Source: an uncultured delta proteobacterium (GTDB taxonomy: Bacteria > Desulfobacterota > RBG-13-43-22). Taken from it: a DNA stretch of 64,000 bases. The position numbers and the translations under genes were made by a program. Shown here piece by piece: positions 39,891 to 51,383 of this stretch (positions within the stretch are counted from its first letter, which is position 1; the number at the start of each line of letters is the position of its first letter). The notes under the pieces were generated by a model. The model searched no databases. It saw only the letters and a list, made by a program, of their open reading frames with translations, and had not been told where the DNA came from. Location of the stretch: the NCBI GenBank assembly GCA_963743305.1, contig CAVUPH010000032.1, forward strand, positions 1 through 64,000, given 5' to 3'.

Positions 39891-40892
39891 ATGAGATTGC
39901 CTAATTTCGATTACCGTGAACCTGCAACACTTGAAGAAGTCTTCTCCATCATGGAGGAATCTCAAGGAGACGTACGGGTGTTGGCCGGTGGGACTGACCT
40001 TATACCGCTCATGAAATACGGCCTCGATGTTCCCTCGATGATCGTCAGTCTTAAAAACGTGACTGCCTTGAAGGGGATCATTCCCCAGGGTAAGGAGGTT
40101 TTTATTGGGGCCATGACGTCCTTAGCAGACCTAGGATCTTCTTCGATCATCCAGGACAATTTTCTGGCCTTGCATCAGGCGGTCGAAGCCGTGGCTGCGC
40201 CACCTATACGGAATGTGGCTACTATAGGCGGCAACCTCTGCCAGAACAGCCGTTGCCTCTATTATAACCAGTCGAGGGCCTGGCGTCTCGAAAAGCCTTC
40301 CTGCCTTAAGGCCGGCGGGAACATCTGCCATGCCGTTCCCCAGGGGAAAAAGTGCTTCAGTGTCTATGCCGGAGATCTGGCGCCGGCCTTGATCGCCTTG
40401 GGAAGCAACGTATCCGTCCAGAAAAAGAGTCGGTCCAGGATCACCCCGCTCATGGATATTTTCAGCGGCCAAGGGCTGGCGCCATTTGCTCTGGCCAAGA
40501 ATGAACTGGTCACCGGGGTGATCCTTCCGTTGCCCGGAAAAGGGGCTGGCTCCAGTTACGCGAAAATGCGGGTAAGATCCGCCGTGGATTATCCCCTGCT
40601 CTCCGCTGCCGCTTCGGTGACGCTCGGTGAGGGGAGGAAAATTAAAGAAATCGCTCTCATCCTCGGCGCGGTCGGTCCGACCCCTATCGTCGTCCAAACC
40701 GATCATCTCTTCGCGGCCGGCACGACCGAATTGGTCGACCCTAAGGCCTTAAGTGAGCTTTTACGCCCAGGGACGCAGATGGTGGATAATCTGGCCCTCC
40801 CCGGATCCTATAGAAGAAAAATGTTGCCGGTGGTTGCCCAAAAAGCTATCCAGGGGGCACTCAAGTCAATTGAGAGATGGGAGCATAAATGA
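39891..40892 (+). CDS. Xanthine oxidase family FAD subunit with 4Fe-4S loop (HcrB-like)
   Basis: AGGTDL, IRNVATIGGNLCQNSRCLYYNQS...CLKAGGNICH.......CFSVYAGDLAPAL. Confidence 0.88.
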   Translation: MRLPNFDYREPATLEEVFSIMEESQGDVRVLAGGTDLIPLMKYGLDVPSMIVSLKNVTALKGIIPQGKEVFIGAMTSLADLGSSSIIQDNFLALHQAVEAVAAPPIRNVATIGGNLCQNSRCLYYNQSRAWRLEKPSCLKAGGNICHAVPQGKKCFSVYAGDLAPALIALGSNVSVQKKSRSRITPLMDIFSGQGLAPFALAKNELVTGVILPLPGKGAGSSYAKMRVRSAVDYPLLSAAASVTLGEGRKIKEIALILGAVGPTPIVVQTDHLFAAGTTELVDPKALSELLRPGTQMVDNLALPGSYRRKMLPVVAQKAIQGALKSIERWEHK

Positions 40893-41452
40893 AAAAACCA
40901 GCGAAGCAACTTATTTCGTTAAAAATTAACGGGTACGAGTACGAGGTTGCCGTCCGTCCGAATAGAACTCTTCTCGAAGTCCTGCGAGAAGACCTGAGGC
41001 TAACGGGAACCAAAGAAGGCTGTGACGACGGGTCCTGCGGCACTTGCACCGTGCTGGTGGAAGGGATTCCCCTAAGGTCCTGCCTCTATCTGGCCGTGGA
41101 AGCGAAAGGTAAGGAAATAACCACCATCGAGGGGCTGGCGGAAGGAGAGCAGTTGCACCCGGTCCAGCAGGCCTTCGTCGATCACGGGGCCATCCAGTGC
41201 GGGTATTGTTCTCCGGGCATGATCCTTGCGGCCAAAGCCCTACTTGACCGGAACCCGACCCCGACGGAGCAGGATATTAAGCTGGCCATCTCGGGGAATT
41301 TTTGCCGGTGCACGGGATACAACAAGATCGTCACCGCCATCAAAATAGCCGGGCAAAACGCTGCAGGCGGAGAAATTGCCGGGCGTCAAGGCAGATTGAT
41401 GGACAAGTTTCCAGGGGACAAGGACACATTATCACCGAAGAGCTCCGGGTAG
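40889..41452 (+). CDS. Xanthine oxidase family 2x[2Fe-2S] subunit (HcrC/CoxS-like)
   Basis: GCDDGSCGTC, QCGYC, GNFCRCTGY; C-terminus reads into a large-subunit relic. Confidence 0.93.
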   Translation: MKKPAKQLISLKINGYEYEVAVRPNRTLLEVLREDLRLTGTKEGCDDGSCGTCTVLVEGIPLRSCLYLAVEAKGKEITTIEGLAEGEQLHPVQQAFVDHGAIQCGYCSPGMILAAKALLDRNPTPTEQDIKLAISGNFCRCTGYNKIVTAIKIAGQNAAGGEIAGRQGRLMDKFPGDKDTLSPKSSG

Positions 41453-41490
41453 AGAACGGGTGCGTCATAAATCCTTCTTTAATGGTCAGG
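41388..41490 (+). pseudogene. Relic of the molybdopterin subunit C-terminal region
   Basis: QIDGQVSRGQGHIITEELRVENGCVINPS versus QIDGQVSMGQGHMLTEELR.EQGCVINPS at about 50555-50645. Confidence 0.85.
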
Positions 41491-41622
41491 ATTCAAAATT
41501 GCACCTAGGGGAGAGACTCGGCCGCAAACGGCAGGAAAAGCCCAACCGCAAGGGGAGCCTGAGAAGGAAGGCGAAGTGAAACTTCCCGGGCACTATAAAC
41601 CATACCGAGGGGTACAGTCAGA

Positions 41623-42493
41623 ATGTTTTTCCAGCAGCTTGTAAACGGGTTGATGCTGGGCAGTTCCTATGCGTTGATCGCTGTAGGATACTCGTTAATT
41701 TTCGGTGTTATGGGGCTTCTACATTTTGCCCACGGCGAGGTGTTTATGGTGGGGGCTTTCATTGCCTTGCAGATGGTCCTCTTTCTGCATGTTAGCTTAC
41801 CAGTAGCTATGTTAGGCGCCATGACTGCGACAGCCATCCTGGGGATAATTATTGCAGCAATTGGTTTCCTTCCGATTAAGAAAGAGTATGTCGCAGCTCC
41901 GTTAATCGCCACGATTGGTCTCGGTATTATCATGCAAAATCTGGCTGTCAAAATTTTTGGTGGAGACCCGGTCAGTTTCCCTGAAACCATCGCCCTTGTC
42001 AATTATAAGATAGGCGATGTGATTATCAATTCGCTGCAAATCCTAATGCTCTGTGTCACCTTAGCCCTCATGATTCTTTTATCCGTATACATCAAAAATA
42101 CGAAGATGGGAAAGGCCATGAGAGCCTCGGCCGAAAGACCCATCACAGCTAGCCTTCTCGGTGTCAACTATCAAGAAAGTCGTTCTGGTCACCTTTACGA
42201 TAGCTTCGGCCCTGGCGGGTGTTGCTGGCGTTCTCACCGGTTTAGTCTTCGGTACCATATCCCCTTTTATGTCTGGCCCCGCTACACTAAAAGGACTTGT
42301 CGTTATGCTCATGGGTGGCCTTGGGAATCTTGTGGGGGCTGTAGTCTGCGGGATCATCTTAGGTATTCTCGAGATTTTCAGTGTGGCCTATCTTTCGGCT
42401 TCGTACCGAGATAGCCTGACCTTTGTCATATTGATACTGGTTCTTATCTTGAGACCAGAGGGATTGTTTGGGGTCAGGCTTCATGGTCGTTAG
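41623..42493 (+). CDS. ABC permease (LivH-like), frameshift near 42170
   Basis: GSSYALIAVGYSLIFG, HFAHGE, GKAMRA; continues in ORF 42161..42493 to RPEGLFG. Confidence 0.85.
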
Positions 42494-42520
42494 CCGAACG
42501 ACGTTAGGAGGCAATAAGCC

Positions 42521-43377
42521 GTGATATCCCCATACATGGAGTCTATCCTGATGTTTGCCGGGATAAATGTACTTCTGGCTATCAGTTGGTATGTTCCAGC
42601 TTGCGCTGGCTTAATATCCATGGGCCAAGGTGGGTTCATGGCTATTGGCGCTTATGTTTCTGCGTATCTGAGCCTGAATGGAATACCATTCTATCTTGCC
42701 TTATCCCTGGGAGCAATAACTTCCTGCGCGGTTAGCGCCCTGGTTGGTCTTCCAGCTCTAAGAATAAAGGGATTGTATTTGATTCTGTTGACCATCGGTT
42801 TTGGAGAAATAGTCCGTATCTTTTTTCTCAATTTTGAACCGACGGGGTCAGCAAAAGGGTTAGGGGGCATGTTACCGCAGACGACACTTCTGAACGTTTA
42901 TCTGACCTTGGCTATTGTTCTCTACTTTATCCACCTAATCAATAATTCCCATTTCGGCAGAGCGATGGAGGCCGTCTTGGAGGACGAAGACGCTGCGGAG
43001 ACCCTGGGGGTGAACATAACGACTACTAAACTCTTGGCTTTTTCAATAGGAGGCTTTATCGCTGGATTGGGCGGAGGATTTTATGCTCATTACGCCCTTT
43101 ACGTAGCATTCTGACAATTTTGGCATTTTGCGATCTGTCGAGATTCTTATCTATCCGCTTGTCGGGGGCATGGCTTCCTTATGGGGAGGGGTCTTAGGCG
43201 CATTGCTGCTGACATCACTGACCGAAGCACTGAGAGTCGCCCGTGATTTTCGAATGGAGATTTACGGCGGCTATCATTGTTTTGACCATGATTTTTAGAC
43301 CTCAGGGATTCCTCAACAAATATACGATAAGTTTAAAATCTGGGCGGAGAGTTCTTTCCTTAATCAAATTTAGATAA
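42521..43377 (+). CDS. ABC permease (LivM-like), frameshifts near 43105 and 43270
   Basis: ISMGQGGFMAIGAY, LRIKGLY; shifted continuation DNFGILRSVEILIYPLVGG...FRPQGF. Confidence 0.8.
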
Positions 43378-43389
43378 AGGAAGCACACG

Positions 43390-44158
43390 GTGCCAATTAT
43401 AGAAGTAAAGGGACTCCGGAAAAACTATGGTGGATTCCAGGCCCTTACAGGCCTCGATCTTTCCATTGATCCCGGATTGATTTGGGCTATTATCGGACCT
43501 AACGGGGCTGGAAAGAGTACACTGTTTAATATTATCTCCGGACTTTTAAAACCCAGTGAAGGGGAGATTTATTTCAAGGGTGTTAGACTAAACGGGTTGA
43601 AACCCAACCAAAGAACCGCTTTGGGGATTGCCTTAACCTTCCAAAATCTCCGTCTTTTCCCGAGAATGACGGCTCTGGAAAATCTTTTGGTGGGCCAGAC
43701 ACTGCCGTATCCGGGCAAATCTCATTAAAGTTCTTTTCCGTCTGCCATTTAGGCCGCTGAGCGAAGAGAAGAAGGCTCAGATCTTCGCTCAAGAAGTGTT
43801 GGAGTTCGTGGGCCTGCTGACCAGAAAAGATGAATTGGTTTCTAATTTGTCTTACGGCGAGCAGCAACTGGTCGCCTTCGCCAGAACCTTGGCGACCGGT
43901 CCTGAAATCCTTCTTCTCGACGAACCTTGCGCCGGATTGAATGCGCAGGAAATCTCTTATTTAAAGGGGCTGCTAAGGACCCTTGTCCAAAATGGAAAGA
44001 CGATCTGCTTCATTGAACATCATATAAACATGGTCATGGAGATTTCCGATATGATTACCGTGCTCGACTTCGGGGTCAAGATCGCGGAAGGCCCTCCCTC
44101 AGCTATTAGACAAGACTCAAAAGTTATAGAGGCCTACTTGGGAGCTGAAGAGGAATAA
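43390..44158 (+). CDS. ABC ATPase (LivG-like), frameshift near 43700
   Basis: GPNGAGKS in ORF 43390..43728; LSYGEQ, LLDEP, IEH in ORF 43796..44158. Confidence 0.85.
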
Positions 44159-44160
44159 GA

Positions 44161-44868
44161 ATGCTTGAAATTGCCAATCTTGAAACAAGATACGGGAAAA
44201 TAGCGGCTCTGCAAGATATCAGTCTTCATGTGGAAGCACGAGAAGTTGTGTCCGTTCTGGGCGCAAACGGCGCGGGAAAGACCACATTGTTGAACACCAT
44301 CTCGGGCGTTCTGAGACCCGCGAAGGGATCGATAAAGTTCCTCGGAGAGGAGATCACTAGGAGGCCTGCTCACCAAATCGTTCAGTTGGGTGTTGTCCAT
44401 GTCGAGGAAGGCCAAGGTATTTTTACCCGGATGTCGGTTCAGGAGAATCTCGAAATGGGCGCCTTTCTGGTATCGAATAAGACGAAAATCAGGGAGAGTA
44501 TTAACAACATCTACAAAAGATTCCCCGCGTTAAAAGACCGAAGCAAAAGACCCGCTGCTACGCTGAGCGGGGGAGAACGTCAACAGCTCGCCATTGGCAG
44601 AGCATTAATGGCCAACCCTAAACTTCTGATGATGGATGAACCGTCCATGGGTTTAGCCCCCTTGGTGGTTTCACAGATTTATAAGATCGTGCAAGAGATA
44701 CGGACAGAGGGCATAACAGTCTTGCTGGTCGAACAGAACGTGAGGAGAACCCTGCAAGTCGCCGATCGGGCGTATGTAATGCATCTGGGGAAGATAGTTC
44801 ATCAAGGGACAAGTCAAAGCCTAATTAACGATACTCTAGTGCAGGAAACTTATTTAGGAGGGAGGTGA
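44161..44868 (+). CDS. ABC ATPase (LivF-like)
   Basis: GANGAGKT, LSGGERQ, DEPSMGLAP. Confidence 0.94.
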   Translation: MLEIANLETRYGKIAALQDISLHVEAREVVSVLGANGAGKTTLLNTISGVLRPAKGSIKFLGEEITRRPAHQIVQLGVVHVEEGQGIFTRMSVQENLEMGAFLVSNKTKIRESINNIYKRFPALKDRSKRPAATLSGGERQQLAIGRALMANPKLLMMDEPSMGLAPLVVSQIYKIVQEIRTEGITVLLVEQNVRRTLQVADRAYVMHLGKIVHQGTSQSLINDTLVQETYLGGR

Positions 44869-44987
44869 TAGGCGAAGGGTTCCACAGATCCTTCGATTAG
44901 CCACAAACCACATTTCCATTCCGCTGATCTGGAAAGCCCGGATGTATCGTACCTAGTTAACCTGATATTAAAAAGGGAGGTTGCACA

Positions 44988-46178
44988 ATGAGATCTCGGC
45001 ATTTTACAGGAAAAAGTTGGCTGGGGTTCGCACTCTGTACCTTTGTTGTCCTAGTGTCTCTTCTTATAGTTCAAAACGCTGTGGCCGAAACATCCGGCAA
45101 GTCTTTCAAAATAGGGGTTCTGGCTCCCAGAACCGGCTTTGGAGCCAGTTGGTTCGCGGCCGGCTATCCAGGACTTCAAGTTGCTCAAGAGGAAATTAAT
45201 GCCTCCGGTGGAGTCAACGGCGCGCCCGTTGAGTTTATCGTGTATGACACTGCCACCAAGCCGCAAGAAGCGATTCAGATGATGCAGAAATTGACCTATA
45301 CCGACAAGGTGTTGGCCATTATTGGACCCTCGACTTCATCGGAATGCGAGGTGGTCTTTCCCATTGCAGTGAGAGCAAAAATTACTTCTGTGGGCCTGTT
45401 ATCCGCAGAACCTGGGGTTTCGGCTAAATACAGGCCTTGGGCTTTTCGGAATACCTTAACCTCCGACAAAATCTATGGTCCGTTGGTAAAAAAATGGGCC
45501 AGCCAGAACCAGGTGAAAACAGCAGCTATCATTTATGATAAAAAATCTGCCTTTACGAAAGCCGATGGGGAAAAGGTCTTTCCGGCCGCCTTAGAGAGTG
45601 CCGGCATCAAACTCTTGGGAAGCGTCACCTATCTTACGGGAGATACAGATTTCAGTGCCCAGATCACCAAAATTAAGATGTGGAATCCTGATGGACTCGT
45701 TTTGGCCTCCTTTGGCGCCGAAGGAGGCTTAATCGTAAGGGAGTGCAAGAAGCAAAATCTAAAAGTAGCTCTCGTTGGCGGTATCGACTGTAATGCTCTG
45801 GACTTTGTCCGATTAGCCGGCTCTGCGGCAGACGGCGTGTGGACTTCGCATTCTTACTGGTCAGACAATCCAGACCCGAAAGTCCAAAGAGTTATGAAGA
45901 GAGCCAAGGCGATTCTTGGGGATAAAGACCCTGATTTGACTACCGCCAGATATTACGACAATGCTATGATTATGTACTATCTCATAAAAAAGATGGGGGT
46001 GACTAACCGGCCGGAAGATTTGGAGTCGGATCGAGAAAAAATTCGGAAAGGCTGGGAAACGCTCAAAGATTTCCCAGGAGTTGAAGGCAAGATTACGATG
46101 AACAAGGATGGGGACGGTGAAAAAAGTGCCTATATCTTCGTCATCAAGGGCGGTAAATATGTAAACATCCAAAAGTAG
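44988..46178 (+). CDS. ABC substrate-binding protein (LivK-like)
   Basis: Signal peptide, KIGVLAP.TG, INASGGVNG, DFSAQITKIK. Confidence 0.92.
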   Translation: MRSRHFTGKSWLGFALCTFVVLVSLLIVQNAVAETSGKSFKIGVLAPRTGFGASWFAAGYPGLQVAQEEINASGGVNGAPVEFIVYDTATKPQEAIQMMQKLTYTDKVLAIIGPSTSSECEVVFPIAVRAKITSVGLLSAEPGVSAKYRPWAFRNTLTSDKIYGPLVKKWASQNQVKTAAIIYDKKSAFTKADGEKVFPAALESAGIKLLGSVTYLTGDTDFSAQITKIKMWNPDGLVLASFGAEGGLIVRECKKQNLKVALVGGIDCNALDFVRLAGSAADGVWTSHSYWSDNPDPKVQRVMKRAKAILGDKDPDLTTARYYDNAMIMYYLIKKMGVTNRPEDLESDREKIRKGWETLKDFPGVEGKITMNKDGDGEKSAYIFVIKGGKYVNIQK

Positions 46179-46541
46179 ATAAAAAACTCCGAATAGTGAG
46201 GCTTATAACCCGGGTTCCGGGAAGAAATTTGGAAGCATAACAACGCCAAGAGGTTGTCAATCCAGTTTCTGCGACTATAATAGCGACTAAGCCCTTATTT
46301 TTACTGGGACCTGACAATGCAAGACATTTCGCTAACGCCATCGAGCCACACATCGGTCGGGAGGGGTTTTTCCGGACTTAGGTTTATACTTGGGAAGCTG
46401 TTCACTGTTTTGGCTGTGCCGTCTTTGAGTATTCATTGAACGCTCAGGGGCTGGAGGTGCTGTAGCTCAGATGCCTGGTGGCCACTCCACTTTTATGTGG
46501 CCGCAATATCACTCATAAGGTTTGGCTAAAATTCTTCCGAT

Positions 46542-48253
46542 ATGAAAAAAGAAGTCGTACAACCAAAAGAGGTGGAAGATCCCTGAAAGACCGTACTCCC
46601 AGACAGCTTCGCCTGTAACTCATTACGCTGATTTGGTCTTATGCAACGGCAAAGTGGTGACGGTGGATAAAGACTTCACTGTTGCTCAGGCGGTGGCAAT
46701 TCGGGATGGAAAATTCCTTTCGGTGGGCAAGAATAAGAATATTTTAGGCCTCGCCGGACCAAGAACGGTAAAAATAGACCTCAAGGGGAAAACCGTCATT
46801 CCAGGGCTAATAGACTCTCATAACCATATGGACGAAGCTGAAGAGGGATTGCATCTGGTACCTGTGGGAAAGGCAAAAACGGTTGCCGAGGCGCTTGCTC
46901 TCATAAAAGAAGCAGTAGCCAACTCGAAGCCTGGGGAATGGATAAAAGGTGCACCCTGGCATCCGCTTGCCCAGCTCCAGGAGAAGAGATATCTCACCCG
47001 ATGGGAGATTGACTCGGTTGCCCCCGATAACCCGGTATTCTTGCCTACCGTCGGTCATACAGTGATGTGCAACAGCTACGCCTTAAAGCTGGCAGGCATA
47101 ACAAAAGAGACGCCCGACCCCAAAGGAGGAGAAATACTTAGAGATACGGCCAGGGGAGAACCGAATGGCGTGCTTGCCGAAGCGGCTATACCCATTGTCG
47201 CAAAGCTCGTGCCCCTTCGGCCTTTTGATGAAAGAGTGCGGATATTTAAAGATGGGATGAGAACCCTGAATAGCGCGGGTTTGACGGGCGTTGTGATGGG
47301 TGCGACCGATCCCGACTCGTTCAAGGTTTATCAACACATCTGGGCCAAGGGCGATGCAACCATAAGAACGAGTATAATGTACGCCCCCACGGGTGAATTG
47401 ATACCTTCGGAATCGGAGGAGGAGTGGGGAAAAATCATAAAAGCGATGGGTTTCTATTCAGGTTTCGGTGACCATTGGCTCAATTTTGCGGGGATTAAGC
47501 TCATTGAAGACGGCGGTATGACGCTCCGAACCGCCTATATGAGACGACCATACCCGCACGATGCCAACTACTACGGCTCGGGACTGATCCCGCCTGAAAG
47601 GCTCAACAAATTGGTAGCTATCTGCAATCGAAATAACTGGCGCGTTGGCATACACTGTGTGGGAGATGCCGCGATAGATAAAGTATTGGATGCGTATGAG
47701 TATGCAAACAAAGAAAAGTCATTGCTGGACAGACGTTTCAGTCTGATACACGCAAGCCTTATTCAGCCTGACCAGTTGGAGAGGGCCAAAAAGCTGGGCG
47801 TTAGGGTTGAGGTGCAAAACAGCTTCATGTGGGATAAGGCCGCTACCGTTGAAAGGTTCCTCGGGAAGGAGGTCGCAAATCGGGCGTGCCCGACCAGGTG
47901 GATGATAGATCACTATGGGCATAGAGAATATCGGCGGGGGTACAGATAGCCCCGTCAATCCGTACAATCCTTTCGTCACCATGTATGTCATGGTTACGAG
48001 AAAAGACATAAACGGAGTGGTCTATGGGGCAAATCAAAAAATAACGCGGGAAGAAGCGCTTCGCCTCTACACGAACGGGTCGGCCGCATATTCCTTTAAA
48101 GAGCAGGTAGTAGGCTCGATCGAGCCAGGCAAGCTGGCCGACCTGGTTCTCATCTCCGAGGACATACTCACCTGTCCGGAAGAATCTATTAAGGACATAC
48201 AAGCACAGATGACGATAGTCGGAGGAAAAATCGTTTATGAGAATAGAGAATAG
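46542..48253 (+). CDS. Amidohydrolase 3 (YtcJ-like), frameshifts near 46583 and 47930
   Basis: IPGLIDSHNH, GH....NS, IHCVGD, LIHA; tail GTDSPV...GSIEPGKLADLV in ORF 47915..48253. Confidence 0.88.
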
Positions 48254-48443
48254 GTATTTTGCTGTCGTAATTTGTTTCGCGGGGTTTATGAGGCAGCGTT
48301 ACGACTGGAGGAGCCACCTGGAGAAACTATCTGTCAACCATGATTACGTAAGATAGCTAACACGGTGATCCGGCGATCAGCCAAGCTGCGGCTCGGGCTG
48401 ATCAACATTAGGCAGGAGAAAATCAAAAGGAGGGATAAGAAAC

Positions 48444-48539
48444 ATGGAACCGTCAAGGAATTTCTGCCGGTGCACCGGATACAACAAGATTGTCACCGCA
48501 ATCAAAATAGCCGGGCAAAACGCAGCAGGAGGTAAATAG
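48444..48539 (+). pseudogene. 31-aa mini-ORF carrying a duplicated 3' end of the 2Fe-2S subunit
   Basis: AAGGAGG RBS; MEPSRNFCRCTGYNKIVTAIKIAGQNAAGGK*; near-identical to about 41295-41370. Confidence 0.85.
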
Positions 48540-48541
48540 GC

Positions 48542-50913
48542 ATGGATGATCTCTTGTACGTAGGCAAATCGATCCCAAGAAAGGATGGCCCGCTAAAGGC
48601 TACAGGCAGGGCACAGTATACGGTTGACCTATCACTCCCGGGTATGCTTATCGGAAAGGTGCTGAGAAGCCCTTATCCCCATGCGCGGATTCTGAGCATC
48701 GACACCAGTCAAGCGGAGAAATTGCCGGGCGTCAAGGCGGTGGTTACGGCGGCGGATTCGCTGCAGATCAAACACGGTTTTGTAGAAACCCCCCGCTATC
48801 CGGCGGACCAGTTTCCGATCGCCGTAGATAGGGTCCGTCATGTCGGGGAGGACATAGCCGGGGTGGCCGCGATAGACGAGGATACGGCGGAGGAGGCTCT
48901 TTCACTAATCAAGGTGGAATACGAGCTTCTCCCCGCCAGTCTTTGATCCGGAAGAGGCCATGAAACCGGATGCCCCGGAAATCCACCCCAGCCACCCCAA
49001 GGTGAACGAACCCTATCGGAACATCGGGGGCAAGACGGAGACCGGATGGGGAGACCTGGAAAAGGCCTTTGCTGAATCCTATCTCATCCGCGAGGACAAG
49101 TACTACTGCCAAATGCGGGCCCACGGATACATGGAACCGCAGGCTACGGTGGCCCATTTCGACTATTCAGGCAAATTAAACGTCTGGACGTCCAGCATGG
49201 GGGTCTTCATCAAACGGGCCAAACTGGCAAAAACACTGGGGCTCCCGTATGGCCAGGTGAGAGTCTTGAAGACTTATGTGGGAGGAGCCTTTGGCGGCAA
49301 GATCGACCTCTTCCACCACGAATACATTAGCGCTCTGCTTTCCATGAAATGTCACCTGCCGGTGAAAATCGTTTATAGCCGGGAGGAAGTTTTCAAGGCC
49401 GCCCGTCACGCCCAACCGCTGATCGTTCAACTCAAGACGGGAGTAGCCCGGGATGGCACGATCTTGGGGCAGGAAATCCGCACCATCAATGACTCCGGCG
49501 CCTATCATGGCAGCGGCGTAGTCGTTATCTTTCTGGCCTGGGGCTTTGCCATGGCCCCCTACCGGGTGCCGGCCATGCAATATCAGGGTTATTCCGTCTA
49601 TACCAACAATCTGGTGCGCGCCCCGCAAAGGGGACATGGAGCCCCGAAGATGCGGTTCGCGGTCGAGTCCCAGTTTGATATGATCGCCGAGGAGCTCGGT
49701 CTCGACCCCATCGAGTTCCGTCTAACGAATGCCCGAAAACCGGGGGAAATGCTGCCCAACGGAGACTCGGTAAAAAACTTCGGGCTAACCGAGTGTATCA
49801 CGCAGGTGGCCGACCGGACGGATTTCAAGAACAAATACGAAGCGGCCAGGCGGGGGCGTGAAACAGATTCGAAAATCAAGCGCGGCATCGGTATCGGCTC
49901 GACGGCCTATTTCGGCGGCTCGCTCATCTATCCGAACAGCTCGTCGGTCATCGTCAAGTTGAACGATGATGCCAGCGTCTCCCTGATGACCGGCGCCCTG
50001 GACATCGGGCAGGGTTGTGAGACCGTTCTTTCCCAAATCGTCGCCGAGGAACTGGGCGTACCCGTGGAAGAAGTGCAGGTCTATGCCGCGGATACCGAGA
50101 CCACCCCGGTGGATATCGGGTCCTGGATCAGCGGGCTGACCTACGTGACCGGAAACGCGGCCAAAAAGGCGGCGGCCCAGGCCATGAAGAAGCTCCTGGT
50201 TGTGGCCGCCGAGGAACTTCAGGCGGACCGTGAAAGATCTGACGACCCACAATAAGGAGATATTCGTCAACCACTCGCCCGGACCGAAGGATCTCCTATG
50301 CCCAGGCCATTGCCGCCAGTATCGCCAAAAACAGAGGCGATTCCGTCATCGGCGAAGGCCACTTCCGGACGATGAAAGACGAGCCGACCCATCCGAGTCT
50401 GGCCACGGCCAAAGGCCGCTGGACGGAAAACTACTCCAGTTATGCCACGGTGGCCGAAGTGGAGGTCGACACCGAAACGGGCGTGGTGAAGCTATTGAAG
50501 GCCACCACGGCCCATGACTGCGGCTTTCCGCTTCAACCCCATGCTGGTGGAGGGACAGATTGACGGACAGGTCTCCATGGGACAGGGGCACATGCTGACT
50601 GAAGAACTTCGCGATGGAGCAGGGGTGCGTCATCAATCCCTCTTTTCTGGAATACAAGATGCCCTGTGCGCTCGATATGGTGGAGACGGACTATATTGAT
50701 GTGATCACCGAAAAGTACCAGAAGGATCACCACTACAATACCAAGGAGGTCGGGGAGGGTTATGTGTCCGGAACAGTGGCCGCCGTGGCCAATGCCGTCT
50801 ATAACGCCACGGGTGTGCGGTTGAAACGGACGCCATTCTCCCCGGATAGGGTTTTGGATGGTCTGGAACAAACAGGCAAAGAGAAAGGAAGGATCATGGG
50901 TAAGCATGCTTGA
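48542..50913 (+). CDS. Xanthine oxidase family molybdopterin subunit (HcrA-like), several frameshifts
   Basis: KATGRAQY, RSPYPHARI, VGGAFGGK, QRGHG, DIGQG, GQIDG, KEVGEG spread over ORFs starting at 48542, 48960, 50372, 50514 and 50614. Confidence 0.88.
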
Positions 50914-51383
50914 AAATGTTCTCAAGGTCGTAACCAAGATCCTGGATACTATCGGCGGTGCGGCCCTGACTTTTATGATGCTGCTGACGGTCACCGATGT
51001 GATCATGCGCGCCGCCGGCCACCCCCTGGTGGGCACCTTTGAGGTGGTGGCCCTGTCGTTGGCCCTGGTGATCGGCTTTACCATCCCCAAGGTTTCCTTC
51101 GACCGGGGTCATATCCGGGTGGACCTGGTCATCGAGATGGTGTCCAAACGGACCAGAGACGTACTGAACACCTTCACCCGCCTGGTCTGTCTGGCCCTCT
51201 TTATCATCATCAGCGTTAACCTTTTCAGCGTCGCCGCGAGAACTCCGCGCCTCTGGCGAAGTTTCACCCACCATCCAGCTTCCCGCCTATCCTTTTGCCT
51301 ACGGGGTAGCGGTCTGTTGCTGCATTGAATGCTTTGTTTTTGTCTTGGACATCGTCAAGATATGGACGGGCGAATATGAATGA
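50906..51383 (+). CDS. TRAP small permease (DctQ), frameshifted
   Basis: LTVTDVIMR, GTFEVV, GHIRVDL. Confidence 0.82.

Noticed and set aside
43112-43114. TGA in the LivM-like permease as possible selenocysteine
   Set aside because: Homology continues in a different frame, so it is a frameshift, and this is not a Cys position
46179-46541. Long intergenic gap as ncRNA or riboswitch
   Set aside because: No recognisable aptamer or convincing structure by eye; an Rfam scan would be needed
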